This document shows positions 27,592-38,500 of a stretch of DNA of 54,272 nucleotides, in pieces (position 1 is the first letter of the stretch; each line of letters opens with the position of its first letter). The DNA is taken from the IMG/VR virus record IMGVR_UViG_3300037502_000299, positions 1-54,272 of that record. One strand, given 5' to 3'. The position numbers were made by a program, and so were the translations under genes. The notes under the pieces were generated by a model. The model was not told where the DNA came from. It saw only the letters and a program-made list of their open reading frames with translations, and searched no databases. Origin of the DNA: a virus. Its lineage: Duplodnaviria > Caudoviricetes.

Positions 27592-28041
27592 GTGAATGTT
27601 TCAGAACGCGGCATTAAGCTCATTAAACATCATGAAGGCATGCGTTCTCGGCCCTATCGTTGTCCTGCTGGGCTGTGGACTGTTGGCGTGGGTCATCTTA
27701 TTGGGGATGGCAAATCTTTGCCTGAATCTTGGAATAGAACTTTTACGGAAGCTGAAATAGATGGAATTCTTAAATCCGACCTACGTCGCTTCGAGCTGGG
27801 AGTACATAAGATGCTACCTAACGTGTCTCTTCGACAACATGAATTTGACGCTATTATTAGTTTTTGCTTCAATTTGGGCCTTGGATGCTTTCAAAGATCA
27901 ACACTCCGTCAAGCGCTTCTACGCGGCAATAAAAAGGCGGCTATGGAATCGTTAGTGAAATATTGTCGTGCAGGTGGTAAAATACTTAGAGGTCTACAAA
28001 TTCGTAGATTAGATGAACGTGCACTTTTTGAAGGTAGATAA
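27592..28041 (+). CDS. Endolysin, GH24 (phage lysozyme)
   Basis: HEG..PYRCPAGLWTVGVGH catalytic region, FDAIISF.FNLG, GLQIRR..E. Confidence 0.92.
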   Translation: MNVSERGIKLIKHHEGMRSRPYRCPAGLWTVGVGHLIGDGKSLPESWNRTFTEAEIDGILKSDLRRFELGVHKMLPNVSLRQHEFDAIISFCFNLGLGCFQRSTLRQALLRGNKKAAMESLVKYCRAGGKILRGLQIRRLDERALFEGR

Positions 28042-30014
28042 TGGCACTAAGTAAACTTATATTTAAACCAGGAGTTAACCGAGATCAAACTAACTATGCA
28101 TCAGAAGGTGGTTGGTATGAAACTCAGCTCGTTCGTTTTAGATCAGGCTTTCCTGAAAAGTTTGGTGGTTGGACAGTATCTAACTTAAATCAATACACAG
28201 ATTCTGCACGTGCTATATTCTCATGGTCAACTACTGATGGATCTAACTTATTAGGTATTGGTACTAACTCAAGAGTTTATGTAGGTGCAGGTACAACATT
28301 ACATGACATCACACCTGTCTATGCTACCTACACTAATGCTACTACACCTTCTTCTAGTAATTGCATAGGTACGACAAATGGTTCTAAAACAGTTACAGTT
28401 ACTATAACAGGTCATGGCGCTACTACAGGAACTTATGTATTATTTAGTGGTATTGCTGGTCCTACGATTGGGGGTATACCTGTAACTGAAATGAATACAA
28501 CTGTTCAAGTGACAGTGCTAGACTCTAATACATTTACGTTCCAAGCTACAACGACTGCTACATCAACTACAACAGGACAAGGCGGTACAGGCATTACGGT
28601 TATTATTTATATGCCCGCCGGATACCCTATAGCTACTGCAGGTTATGGCTGGGGTACTTCTACTTGGAGTCGAGGTACTTGGGGTTCTGGTTCAACATCA
28701 CCTATCTTCCAACCTGCACGTCTTATTTTTATGGATAAGTTTAATAACGATTTAGTATTTAATACTCAATACGATGCAGTATCAGGTACAGGTGGTGAAA
28801 TATATTATTGGACATATAACACAGCGTTTAGTAATGATGCAGTTTTATTAAAATCATTAGCAGGTGCGGTTGCTGTACCACAAAAAGTTACTAAGATATT
28901 ATTTACACCACAAGGTTTCTTACTTGCATTAGGTTGTACTAACTATGATGCAACAGCGGCGGCACCTGATTATTTAGGAACTTATGATCCACTACTTATT
29001 CGTTGGTCTAATGTTGATCCTGATATAGGTCCTGAACCCGAAAATTGGCAACCTACAACTATTAACACTGCAGGGTTCTTACGACTTCAATCAGGTTCAA
29101 GAATTGTAACTGCAATTAATACACGACAAGAAACACTTATATTTACTAATACATCATTATCATCTATTCAATTTTTAGGTACGGCTGAGGTATTTGGTTT
29201 ACAAGAGTTATCTCATAACATTTCTATCATTGGCGCTAATGCACTTGTGGGCTCTAACAATATTACTTACTGGATGGGCCGAGATAGATTTTATACATAC
29301 TCTGGTCGTGTAGATACATTACCTTGTACGATCAGACAATATATATTTACTGATATTAACTTTACTCAAAGTGCGCTTATTTTTGCAGGTGTTAATAATA
29401 AATTTACAGAGATTATTTGGTTTTATTGTTCTGCAGCTTCTAGTGAGATTGATCGCTATGTAGTCTTTAACTACCTTGAAAACATTTGGTACTACGGACA
29501 ATTATCAAGAACTGCATGGATTGACTCTGGTGTATTTAATAACCCTGTAGGACTATCTAATGGCTGGGTATATCAACATGAAAACGGTACAAACGATGGA
29601 CAACCTTTAGGAGCTGCTCCACTTCCTATTACTTCGTTTATTCAATCTGCTGACGTTGATATTGATGATGGTGATAAATATATGTTAATACGTCGTGTTA
29701 TTCCTGATATTAACTTTAGAGGTTCTGATACTAATAATGAAGTAACAGGTGCTGCAATTATTCCTGAAGCTGATATTACTGTAGGTGTACGTAACTTCCC
29801 TGGTGCTGCATCAGCTACCATAAATGCAGAGGGTGTTGCTACAGGTGCTACGATTGTAACTGCGACAGCTACCGTTGACCAATATACAAACCAAGTATTT
29901 ATTAGAGCTCGTGGTCGTCAAATGAATTTTAGAATTGCATCAGATACTGTAGGTACGCAGTGGCAACTAGGTATGCCAAGAGTTGATGCACGGCCAGATG
30001 GAACAAGAAACTAA
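28041..30014 (+). CDS. Tail nozzle/DNA-stabilisation protein (P22 gp10-like position)
   Basis: FKPGVN..EGGW..VRFR.G.PEK.GGW start; IRWS; beta-propeller-like; RARGRQ..PDG.R end. Confidence 0.65.
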   Translation: MALSKLIFKPGVNRDQTNYASEGGWYETQLVRFRSGFPEKFGGWTVSNLNQYTDSARAIFSWSTTDGSNLLGIGTNSRVYVGAGTTLHDITPVYATYTNATTPSSSNCIGTTNGSKTVTVTITGHGATTGTYVLFSGIAGPTIGGIPVTEMNTTVQVTVLDSNTFTFQATTTATSTTTGQGGTGITVIIYMPAGYPIATAGYGWGTSTWSRGTWGSGSTSPIFQPARLIFMDKFNNDLVFNTQYDAVSGTGGEIYYWTYNTAFSNDAVLLKSLAGAVAVPQKVTKILFTPQGFLLALGCTNYDATAAAPDYLGTYDPLLIRWSNVDPDIGPEPENWQPTTINTAGFLRLQSGSRIVTAINTRQETLIFTNTSLSSIQFLGTAEVFGLQELSHNISIIGANALVGSNNITYWMGRDRFYTYSGRVDTLPCTIRQYIFTDINFTQSALIFAGVNNKFTEIIWFYCSAASSEIDRYVVFNYLENIWYYGQLSRTAWIDSGVFNNPVGLSNGWVYQHENGTNDGQPLGAAPLPITSFIQSADVDIDDGDKYMLIRRVIPDINFRGSDTNNEVTGAAIIPEADITVGVRNFPGAASATINAEGVATGATIVTATATVDQYTNQVFIRARGRQMNFRIASDTVGTQWQLGMPRVDARPDGTRN

Positions 30015-30682
30015 TGACTACTTCCGTTGTAAGAGCTACTAAGGCCCCCAACTTACCTATACCTACAATTGCGTATAGTCAAACAGTTCAAGAATCTTTT
30101 AGTAATGCACTACGTTTATATTTTAATACTTTAGATGCCTTTACTACGAATTTAAGTACTACCGCTGGTGGATCTGCTTTAAGCTTTCCTCACATTGCGG
30201 CATACGATACAACCGACCAATATGCTACGGCTAGTAATACACCTACGATTGTTAAATGGAATACATTAGATTCTGGTTTAGGTTTTACTTTAGATCCAGG
30301 GTTTTATGCAACGGCTGACTATACTGGGTTTTACAAAATAGATTACAGCCTTCAGTTTGCTAATACCGCAAACGCACCACATGACGTAGTAGTATGGATG
30401 AGAGTTAATAACATAGATGTGGCTGGATCTGCTAGTAAAATAACTATAACTTCTCGTAAAAGTGCAGGCGTTCCTAGCTATGTATTAATGTATTCAACTA
30501 TACCTTTTGCAGTTAACGCAGGGGATGAGATAGCACTATGGTGGGCTACGGACTTAGCTTATAATCCTGTAGGACCTGTAGATGGTGTTTACATGGAATA
30601 TGCACCAGCACAAACTGTACCATATCCTCACCCGTCAATTCCCTCAGCAATTGGCGCAATTACCTTTGTTTCTAGACTATAG
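30014..30682 (+). CDS. Tail-associated protein with C-terminal beta-sandwich
   Basis: APNLP..LRLYFN helical N-terminus followed by G.YKIDYSLQF..P.IPS domain. Confidence 0.55.
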   Translation: MTTSVVRATKAPNLPIPTIAYSQTVQESFSNALRLYFNTLDAFTTNLSTTAGGSALSFPHIAAYDTTDQYATASNTPTIVKWNTLDSGLGFTLDPGFYATADYTGFYKIDYSLQFANTANAPHDVVVWMRVNNIDVAGSASKITITSRKSAGVPSYVLMYSTIPFAVNAGDEIALWWATDLAYNPVGPVDGVYMEYAPAQTVPYPHPSIPSAIGAITFVSRL

Positions 30683-30720
30683 ATATGATATTATTACTGT
30701 ATATTTAAGGATTTTTAATT

Positions 30721-32397
30721 ATGATTAATCAATCAGCACAAGGTTTAGCTTCCCTAGGTCGTAACGGCGATTCAATGCTCGTCCATATGAGCCCAGAAGA
30801 AGTAGGTGGCCTTCAACAAATAGGTAATTCATTAGGCATTAAGATGTCTACTAACCCTCATACCGGTATGCCAGAAGCATTTAGCTTTGGCGATTTCTTT
30901 ACTTCATTCCTACCTACCATTGTTGGTGCTGCTGTTGGTGGCCCAGCTGGTGCTGGATTTATGTCTTCAACGATGACTCCTATTTTAGCAGGTGCTGGTA
31001 CAGGCGCTTTGTTAGCTGCAGCTAAAGGCGATGATCCATTAATGGGTGGTCTCATGGGCGGTATGGGTGGTTATGGTGGTGCTGGATTAGGCTCAACATT
31101 TGGTAAAGCATTTGGTAAAGTCGGCGGAACTACCGCAGGTGCTGTAGATGATATGATTGCTGCAAATACTGCGCAACAATTAACAGGCGGGGGTGTAGGA
31201 AATATTGGCGCTTTTAGTAATTTTAAAGATGTAATATCTCCTGTAGCATCTGCTACTCCTAAAGCTGTTACAAGCCTTACAAATCAAATTAGTCCATTTA
31301 CTAATAATGCTTTAGGTCCAAGCTTAGGCGTACAAAATGTAAATCCAACAGTTGGTGTTAACGCAGGTGGTTACGATGCTGCAGCTACAGCCGCGGCTGA
31401 ATTAAATAAACCCTCACAAATTATGACAAACTTAGGTGATTTTGGTACTGGGGTTAAAGAATTAACAGGTTTTGGCGACATGTCTATTGGCGATGCCTAT
31501 AAAAAATTCACTGACGCTGGTGGTACTGCTATGGACTTAGCTATGCCTGTTGGAGGTGGAGTATTAGCAGGGATAGAACCTTCTGATTTAGGTTATGGTG
31601 GTGGTGATCTTTATGATGATCCGGATAAAGGTAAATACAGAGGTCCACAAGGCCAACTTAATTTAAGTGATAAATACGATACAGGCCTTCGTTTAGTTGC
31701 AAAGGGTGGTTACATTGATGGTTATGCTCTAGGTGGTGCTGTTCGTCCTAATCCGTCTGTAGGTGGAGGACTATCTGATTTATATAACCGTGCAGAAGGC
31801 GCTACTACACAAAATATTTCAAGTGATGGATATGGTATAGGACGTCTTAATAATCTGGCAGGTGAACAATCTATGTATCAAGCTCAAACATTAGGTTATG
31901 CTGAAGGTGGTAATGTTTCTAATTATATGACACCAAATACGCCCCTTTTAAATCAAAGAAATGTTTTTTTAGAAACTATGACAAAAGATAATCCTACCCC
32001 TGTTAATTTTGATAGCTATACTGGGAATATAACTCCTAACACTCAGAATGAATTAACCTTGTTTAATACTATAGGAAATTTAAAACCCGAAGCATTAGAT
32101 TATTTGTCAGAACTACGTAAAAAAAGTAATTTTGGAATGGTTAAAGGCGGATATTTAGATGGCGAAGGTGATGGTATGTCTGACTCAATCCCTGCTACAA
32201 TAGAAGGCAAACAACCAGCTCGTTTAGCAGACGGTGAATTTGTAGTACCTGCAGATGTTGTAAGTCATTTAGGTAATGGCTCATCTAAAGCTGGATCAAA
32301 AAGATTATATGCTATGTTAGATAAAGTAAGACATGCACGTACAGGAAATAAAAAACAAGGTAAAGAAATTAAGGCAGAGAAATACCTACCTGCATGA
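30721..32397 (+). CDS. Internal virion/ejection protein
   Basis: GRNGDSMLVHM..NPHTGMPEAF N-terminus; GDGMSDSIPA..LADGEFVVPADVV C-terminus; Gly/Ala-rich. Confidence 0.65.
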   Translation: MINQSAQGLASLGRNGDSMLVHMSPEEVGGLQQIGNSLGIKMSTNPHTGMPEAFSFGDFFTSFLPTIVGAAVGGPAGAGFMSSTMTPILAGAGTGALLAAAKGDDPLMGGLMGGMGGYGGAGLGSTFGKAFGKVGGTTAGAVDDMIAANTAQQLTGGGVGNIGAFSNFKDVISPVASATPKAVTSLTNQISPFTNNALGPSLGVQNVNPTVGVNAGGYDAAATAAAELNKPSQIMTNLGDFGTGVKELTGFGDMSIGDAYKKFTDAGGTAMDLAMPVGGGVLAGIEPSDLGYGGGDLYDDPDKGKYRGPQGQLNLSDKYDTGLRLVAKGGYIDGYALGGAVRPNPSVGGGLSDLYNRAEGATTQNISSDGYGIGRLNNLAGEQSMYQAQTLGYAEGGNVSNYMTPNTPLLNQRNVFLETMTKDNPTPVNFDSYTGNITPNTQNELTLFNTIGNLKPEALDYLSELRKKSNFGMVKGGYLDGEGDGMSDSIPATIEGKQPARLADGEFVVPADVVSHLGNGSSKAGSKRLYAMLDKVRHARTGNKKQGKEIKAEKYLPA

Positions 32398-32807
32398 ACA
32401 CCGTACAAATCGTAGCACCTAATAACATATATAATGTTTGGGAAGATATAAAAGAATATTTAAATGCATCAATCAATGTAAGCGGTGGTGATTTTACTTT
32501 AGACCAATTAAAGTTATTACTAGTAAGAGGCGAACAAACTTTATTAGTATCCGTCAATAAAGAAAATAAAATAAACGGAGCCATGACTGTAGAATTTATT
32601 AATAATGCTAATGCAAGAACTATGTTTATTACAGCATTAGGTGGTAGTGGAATTGTAAATGATGAAACGTTTAGCCAAGTAGAAACATGGGCTAAAATGC
32701 AAGGTGCGACAAAAGCTAGTGCATGGGCACAAGAAGCTCAAGCAAGACTGTATAAACTAAAAGCAAACTTTAATACCGTACGAATGGTTGTGGAGAAAGA
32801 TTTATGA
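32394..32807 (+). CDS. GNAT-like fold protein among ejection genes
   Basis: FITALGG..VETWAK..GA..ARLY pattern; position like small acetyltransferase-like genes in podoviruses. Confidence 0.45.
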   Translation: MNTVQIVAPNNIYNVWEDIKEYLNASINVSGGDFTLDQLKLLLVRGEQTLLVSVNKENKINGAMTVEFINNANARTMFITALGGSGIVNDETFSQVETWAKMQGATKASAWAQEAQARLYKLKANFNTVRMVVEKDL

Positions 32808-33919
32808 AATTATTTAATTTGTTTAATTGGGTAACTAACCTAGTAGAAACATTTACCTTTTATGGTGGTGGTTCTAAAGGCGGCGGTGGTGGTGGTAATA
32901 CTACGCAAACTTCCTATTCTACAAACTTGCCTGAATATGCTAAACCATTCTATGAAGAGCTTTTAAAACAAACAGGTAAACAAGTTTATCAAACAGATGC
33001 ATCTGGTAATGTTACAGGTGTTAAAGAATATACTCCATATACAGGTCCACGCGTAGCAGCGTTCACACCAGAACAAGAAGCCGTACAAAGAGAAGTAGCA
33101 GGCATGACTACACCAGGCGGTTTTGGTACAGCAGCTTCTGGATTAGGTGCCGGAACAGCGTTAGGTTTTGGTGCAGCGGGTGCTGGATTAAGTTCTGCAT
33201 TAGGCTACACTCCAACAGCTATTTCTGGTGGTACATTTACACCTGGCGCGGCAGCGTATTATGGTAGTCCATATGAATCAGCAGTAACAGACGTTGCAGT
33301 GCGTGAAGCTCGTCGTCAAGGTGATATAGAAAGATCTCGTGGCGCAATGGGTGCTATTGGTCGAGGTACATTTGGTGGTGCCCGTCAAGGTTTAATGCAA
33401 GCTGAACAAGATAGAAATCTAGCGCAAAACATAGGGGATATTAGAGCTAAAGGTGCTCAGGCTGGATATGAGAACGCACAAAAAATGTTTGAAGCAGACC
33501 AAGCTCGTCGTATGAAAGCAGCTGAACTAGGTCAACAAGGACAACAATTTGCTGCAGGTCTTGGTAAAGATATTGGTCTTGGTGGTCTACAAGCTGGTAT
33601 GGAAGGTGCTGCTAAAACAGGTGCATTGGCTGCAACAGAACAAGTATCTAACCTTGAAAGACTTAAAGCACAAGCCGCATCGGGGGGTGAAAGACAAGCA
33701 CTACAACAAGAAATTGATAACCTTAAATATCAACAATTCCAAGAAGAACGTAATTATCAAAAAGCACAACTTGATTACCTCAGTAATATTCTTCGTGGTA
33801 ACGCAGCAGCATTGGGTACTACTCAAGTACAATATGCACCAGCTCCAAGTTTAGCTTCACAATTAGGTGGTGTAGGATTAGCAGGGTTAGGACTTTATAA
33901 TATATTAGGAAATAGATAG
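32804..33919 (+). CDS. DNA ejection/pilot protein
   Basis: GGGSKGGGG N-terminal motif, LPEYAKP, GTFGGARQ, Gln/Ala/Gly-rich helices, hydrophobic GLAGLGLY end. Confidence 0.65.
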   Translation: MKLFNLFNWVTNLVETFTFYGGGSKGGGGGGNTTQTSYSTNLPEYAKPFYEELLKQTGKQVYQTDASGNVTGVKEYTPYTGPRVAAFTPEQEAVQREVAGMTTPGGFGTAASGLGAGTALGFGAAGAGLSSALGYTPTAISGGTFTPGAAAYYGSPYESAVTDVAVREARRQGDIERSRGAMGAIGRGTFGGARQGLMQAEQDRNLAQNIGDIRAKGAQAGYENAQKMFEADQARRMKAAELGQQGQQFAAGLGKDIGLGGLQAGMEGAAKTGALAATEQVSNLERLKAQAASGGERQALQQEIDNLKYQQFQEERNYQKAQLDYLSNILRGNAAALGTTQVQYAPAPSLASQLGGVGLAGLGLYNILGNR

Positions 33920-33920
33920 T

Positions 33921-35480
33921 ATGAACATTATTAAACTACAGAATATGTTACGTGGTGTGGCTGATGAGGCACTTATTGGTTATGTTCAAAATCCACAAGG
34001 TGAAGTACCTAGTTATTTAGCACTAAGTGAATTACAACGTAGAAAAGATACACGTGCTAAATATCAAGCTGAACAAGCTCCAGAATCAAGTGTAGCTGAA
34101 GAATTAACACAAACTCCCAGTCAAGGCGGCCTTGCGACGCTAGCTAAAAACCCACAACCTGGTGCTCCTATGTCGCAAGGTGTCGCCGACTTACCTGTTG
34201 CTGATGATATGTATCAAGAAGATAGCTTTGCAGGGGGCGGTATTGTGGCATTTGAAGATGGTGGAGATGTAAAACGTTACGCTGCTGGTGACTATGTTAT
34301 CCCCTCTAAAACTCCATCAGAATATTGGCAAGCTATAAAAAATAGCGGTAGTATTGGTAAATCATTTATGTATAACAAATTTGAAACTCCATATGATGAA
34401 GCTATTAAATATTATGCAGGGTTAAAAAATACAGCTACTGATCCAGAATCAGCAAGACAATTAGATAATGCTATTCAAGAATTACAACTACAAAAATATC
34501 AATTTACTCGTAGTAAAGAAGATCCTACTGAAAGAATGATGCAAACAGGCCTTAAACCTACATTCTCAGGTAAACCTTTACCTAAAGTTATAACATTGGA
34601 AGATTTAGATAAAAAAATAATTGGAGATACTAATCCTCCGTCACCATCGGTAAATCCTGTTAAACAAGTTAAAGAAGGGGCAACCGGTCAAAAACAAGAC
34701 GAGCCAACAATAAAAACTACAGAATCTGTAGAAGTAACAGGTGATCCTTTCTATTTTGAAGAAAGACCTGAAGTTGTAGCTGAACAGGAAAAACAACGAT
34801 TTAAAGATATGTATGGTGAAGACCCATTTACTAAACGTGGTAAAGAACGTCTTGAAAAAATGGAAGCTCGTGCTAAACGTATGGAAGATATGGCACCGGG
34901 TATGGCTATGTTAGAAGCAGGATTAAGTATAGCTGGTGGTAGTTCTCCGTTTGCTTTACAAAATATTGGTCAAGGTGCATTAGCTGGTGTTAAATCTTAT
35001 GGTGAGGCTCAAAATAAATTAGCTGATCTTGAAGAAAAACGATTTAACGTTGATTCTAAACTTGCAGATGCACAAAGAACAGTAGAACTTGCTGCTATGC
35101 AACATGGCTTTAAGAGTGAAGAATATAACAAAGCTGCTAATGATCTTAAGAGACTTGAGTTACTTAAAGGTAAACTTGATATTAAGAAATACGAAACACT
35201 TGCTGGCACTAATGAAACAAAAATGGTTATGAAACAAAAACAAGATTTCTTAAGAGATAGAGATAAATATTTAAAAGATAATTGGCGAGTTAAAAACGCT
35301 ATAGATGTATATAATGACCAAAATGCATTTAATAAACTTAATGAAACACAGAAAAAAGCTGTATTGCAAGATGTAAATACGTATAATCTATATGTACAAA
35401 ATTTAAAATTAAGTTATCCTCTTGCTAATATGGATTTACCTGCTAGAGATCCCATTGCACTTTTAAATAGAGTTAGATAA
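33921..35480 (+). CDS. Internal virion/ejection protein
   Basis: FAGGGIVAFEDGG motif; AGLSIAGG.SPFALQNIGQG amphipathic segment; coiled coils. Confidence 0.6.
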   Translation: MNIIKLQNMLRGVADEALIGYVQNPQGEVPSYLALSELQRRKDTRAKYQAEQAPESSVAEELTQTPSQGGLATLAKNPQPGAPMSQGVADLPVADDMYQEDSFAGGGIVAFEDGGDVKRYAAGDYVIPSKTPSEYWQAIKNSGSIGKSFMYNKFETPYDEAIKYYAGLKNTATDPESARQLDNAIQELQLQKYQFTRSKEDPTERMMQTGLKPTFSGKPLPKVITLEDLDKKIIGDTNPPSPSVNPVKQVKEGATGQKQDEPTIKTTESVEVTGDPFYFEERPEVVAEQEKQRFKDMYGEDPFTKRGKERLEKMEARAKRMEDMAPGMAMLEAGLSIAGGSSPFALQNIGQGALAGVKSYGEAQNKLADLEEKRFNVDSKLADAQRTVELAAMQHGFKSEEYNKAANDLKRLELLKGKLDIKKYETLAGTNETKMVMKQKQDFLRDRDKYLKDNWRVKNAIDVYNDQNAFNKLNETQKKAVLQDVNTYNLYVQNLKLSYPLANMDLPARDPIALLNRVR

Positions 35481-35502
35481 TAAGGAATAGACTGAGCCTA
35501 CT

Positions 35503-38500
35503 ATGGCATTAATAGACGAACTACGCGCTAAATATCCTGACCGATATAGGACTATGACCGACAAGGAGGTAGCCGATCAACTATATAATGCTCACTATGC
35601 CACCGAAATGCCTAAGATTACTTTTTATAAGCAATTAGGTGTAGACGTTCCCGAATCAAGTTATGCTGAAATAATAGCTAGAGATATACCGTTAGCTGGT
35701 GCGCAAGGTACAGTTGGTTTATATGAAGCGGCTAAAGGTCTTACAGGGTATATTCCATTCACAAAAGGTAAAATTCCTAAAGCAATAGAAAGCGCAGAAA
35801 AATCTGTTCTTGGTGGTACATCTTCCGACTTACAACAATATCTAGAGTCCTTAAAATCTGAAGGTCAACAAATGGTATCGCAAGGTGCCGCAGAAATACA
35901 ACCTACAGGAAATATAATACAAGACACTATTGCACAACTTCAATACGCTGGACAAAACCCACAACAAATACCACAAATAATTGCGCAATCATTGCCATCT
36001 ACTTACGGAGGTGCATTGGTTGGTAGGGGTATAACTAAAACTGCTGGTAGGTTTGGTAAAGATGTTTCTCCAATTACTGCCGCTGCATCGGGGGAAGGTA
36101 CAATAGCTGCTGGTGCTGGTCTTGAGTCTATACGTCAACAAACAGAAGATAGAGAAGTTACAGGTGGACAACAAGCTATAGCCGCATTTAGTGGTTATAT
36201 GACTAATAGATTAGGTAGGCTTGGTGCTAAAGCAGCAAAATATCTAGATGCTGGTGATATAGATGTTATCTGGACACAAGGCACTACAGGTGTTACATCT
36301 GCTGCAAATCAAAAAGCGCAAAGTAAACTATTAGCTGGTCTTAAGTCAGCACTTAGCGAATCAGTATTTGAAGAACTTCCACAATCAGCGCAAGAACAAA
36401 TATCACAGAACGTAGCTCTTGGTAGACCTTGGGATGAGGGCGTTGCAGAACAAATGGCTGGGGGTATAATTGGTGGTGCAGGTGCAGGGTTTGGTTTTGG
36501 TGCATACAATCAATATAAAATAAACAAAGCAATAGAAGACATGCCTCCACCTGGAGATATAACTGCAGAACCGCCAGGCACAGATATAGAAGTACCAAAG
36601 ACAGATACTAAGAAAAATGCTCAAACAAGAAAAGAACTGTTAGACTCTATTGAAGACGAAGAAACTAGAAAGTCATTAGAAGAACTTTTAGGTAAGAAAG
36701 GACAACCAAGTGGAACTCAGCAGACAACAGCTGGAACTAGCGATGCAATATCTGGACGATCCACTGATGGAACTGCCGGAGGAGTTAAAAAACCTGTCGG
36801 AGGTGGAGTGGCTGGGGCTGCAACTGATGAACTCACAGATAAGACTGGAGAGGCAAGAAGCGACGTTGCATTAGAAAACATCACAACAAATGATGTAGGT
36901 AAACCTTTTCCAACAATAGGTCAAGCGCATAAATTCCGTAGAGATAATAAGTTACAAGATTTATATTCTGTTAAAGAATTAGATGATGGTACGATTGCTC
37001 TTGTGCCAAAGATACCAGTTACAGAACAACAACCCCCAGTAACCAAAACTAAAAAACCTGCAGTAACTAAAGAACCTGAAGTAGCTGCAGAAGAAACAGA
37101 AGAAGATATAGCAGATGAAGAAATAGGCTGGGAGAAGTTTGAAGAAACCAAACCTGATGGCACTATGACTACAGGATATAGAAGAAAACAAACTACAGCA
37201 AAAACTCCTAAATCAACTGAAGTATTAAAAACAGCCGCAGAACTTACAGAAGCTGATAAAGCTGATTTAGATCAAGAAGAGTCAGATGAAGACGCTGCAA
37301 GCCAAGCTAGAATAAATGAAGCTAATGAAAACGGATTTGATGATTTACCTGATTATGTTAAAACAGGTTCTAAATTAGCTGCTAAATCCCCAGTAGTACA
37401 GGCTAATGAATCTAATCCTAATGCAGATACTACAGTTAAAAAACAAGAAGCTAGGCGATTAGCAGTTAAACATGCTGCATTTGACCAAGCAATGGACGAG
37501 TTTGATACTGTAAGTATTGAAGACTTTGATGCAAGATTAAAAGAATTATCTGATGAGAAAAAGGCTGAAACAGGTAAAGAATATTCTATTAATAAACCTT
37601 TAGAATTTATAAAAGGCCTTACTCAAGCACAACGTTTTAGTAATTATTATAAAGAGTTTAATAAATTTTTAGGTACAAAACAATTAAAACCTAGAAGAAT
37701 TAAACAAGCAACTACTCGCGAAGACTTTTTAAAAACTCTATCTAAAGAAGAAAGAAAATTATTTAATAGAGCATATTCTAGCTATATAACTACACAAGTT
37801 AAAACAATGAAATCTGGTGTTGGGTCTGTTGATGAAACGGAATCTAATGTAGATGCGTTATATAGAAAACTACAAGCTGAAATAGAATTGGTTAAAAAGA
37901 AAAAAGGTAGCCAAGCTAAAGTAGATAAGTATAAAGCTCAGTATTTAGCAGAAAGACAAAAACTACAAAAAGTATCACAGTCTAGACAAGTTGTTGAGAA
38001 AGATACATCTGCACTATTTGATAGAGTTGCTAATTTAGAACAAGCTATTAAAGATGGTGAGAATGAAATCAAGTCTATTAAAGCTGCCAAAAAAATTAAA
38101 GATAAAGCAGTGCAAATTAAAGGTGTTCAAACACAGATTAATAAAGACAGAGCTGAATTAAAACGTGCTAAAGCAGAATTAGATATTGCCCAAAAAACTA
38201 CTACAGTACTAGGCGCTCCGGGAAGATACACAAATATAGCTGATGAAGATACTCGCGCTGCTGAAATAGTAGCTAAAGAAAATAAAAAGAATGAAATAAA
38301 AGAGACAGGAACTCCTGAAGAAGTAGCGGAAGTTCTAGATGAAGAGACCGAAGAAGAAGCTAAAAAAATAATAGCATCGGATAAAGAAAAGGCTCAAGCA
38401 AAAGCTGAAGAGAAGGCTAAAAAACAACCTAAAATTACTGTTGTTGGTAAGCTAAACATGATTGTGTCTAAGAGTATTACTCAAGGTAAGAATGCTATTG

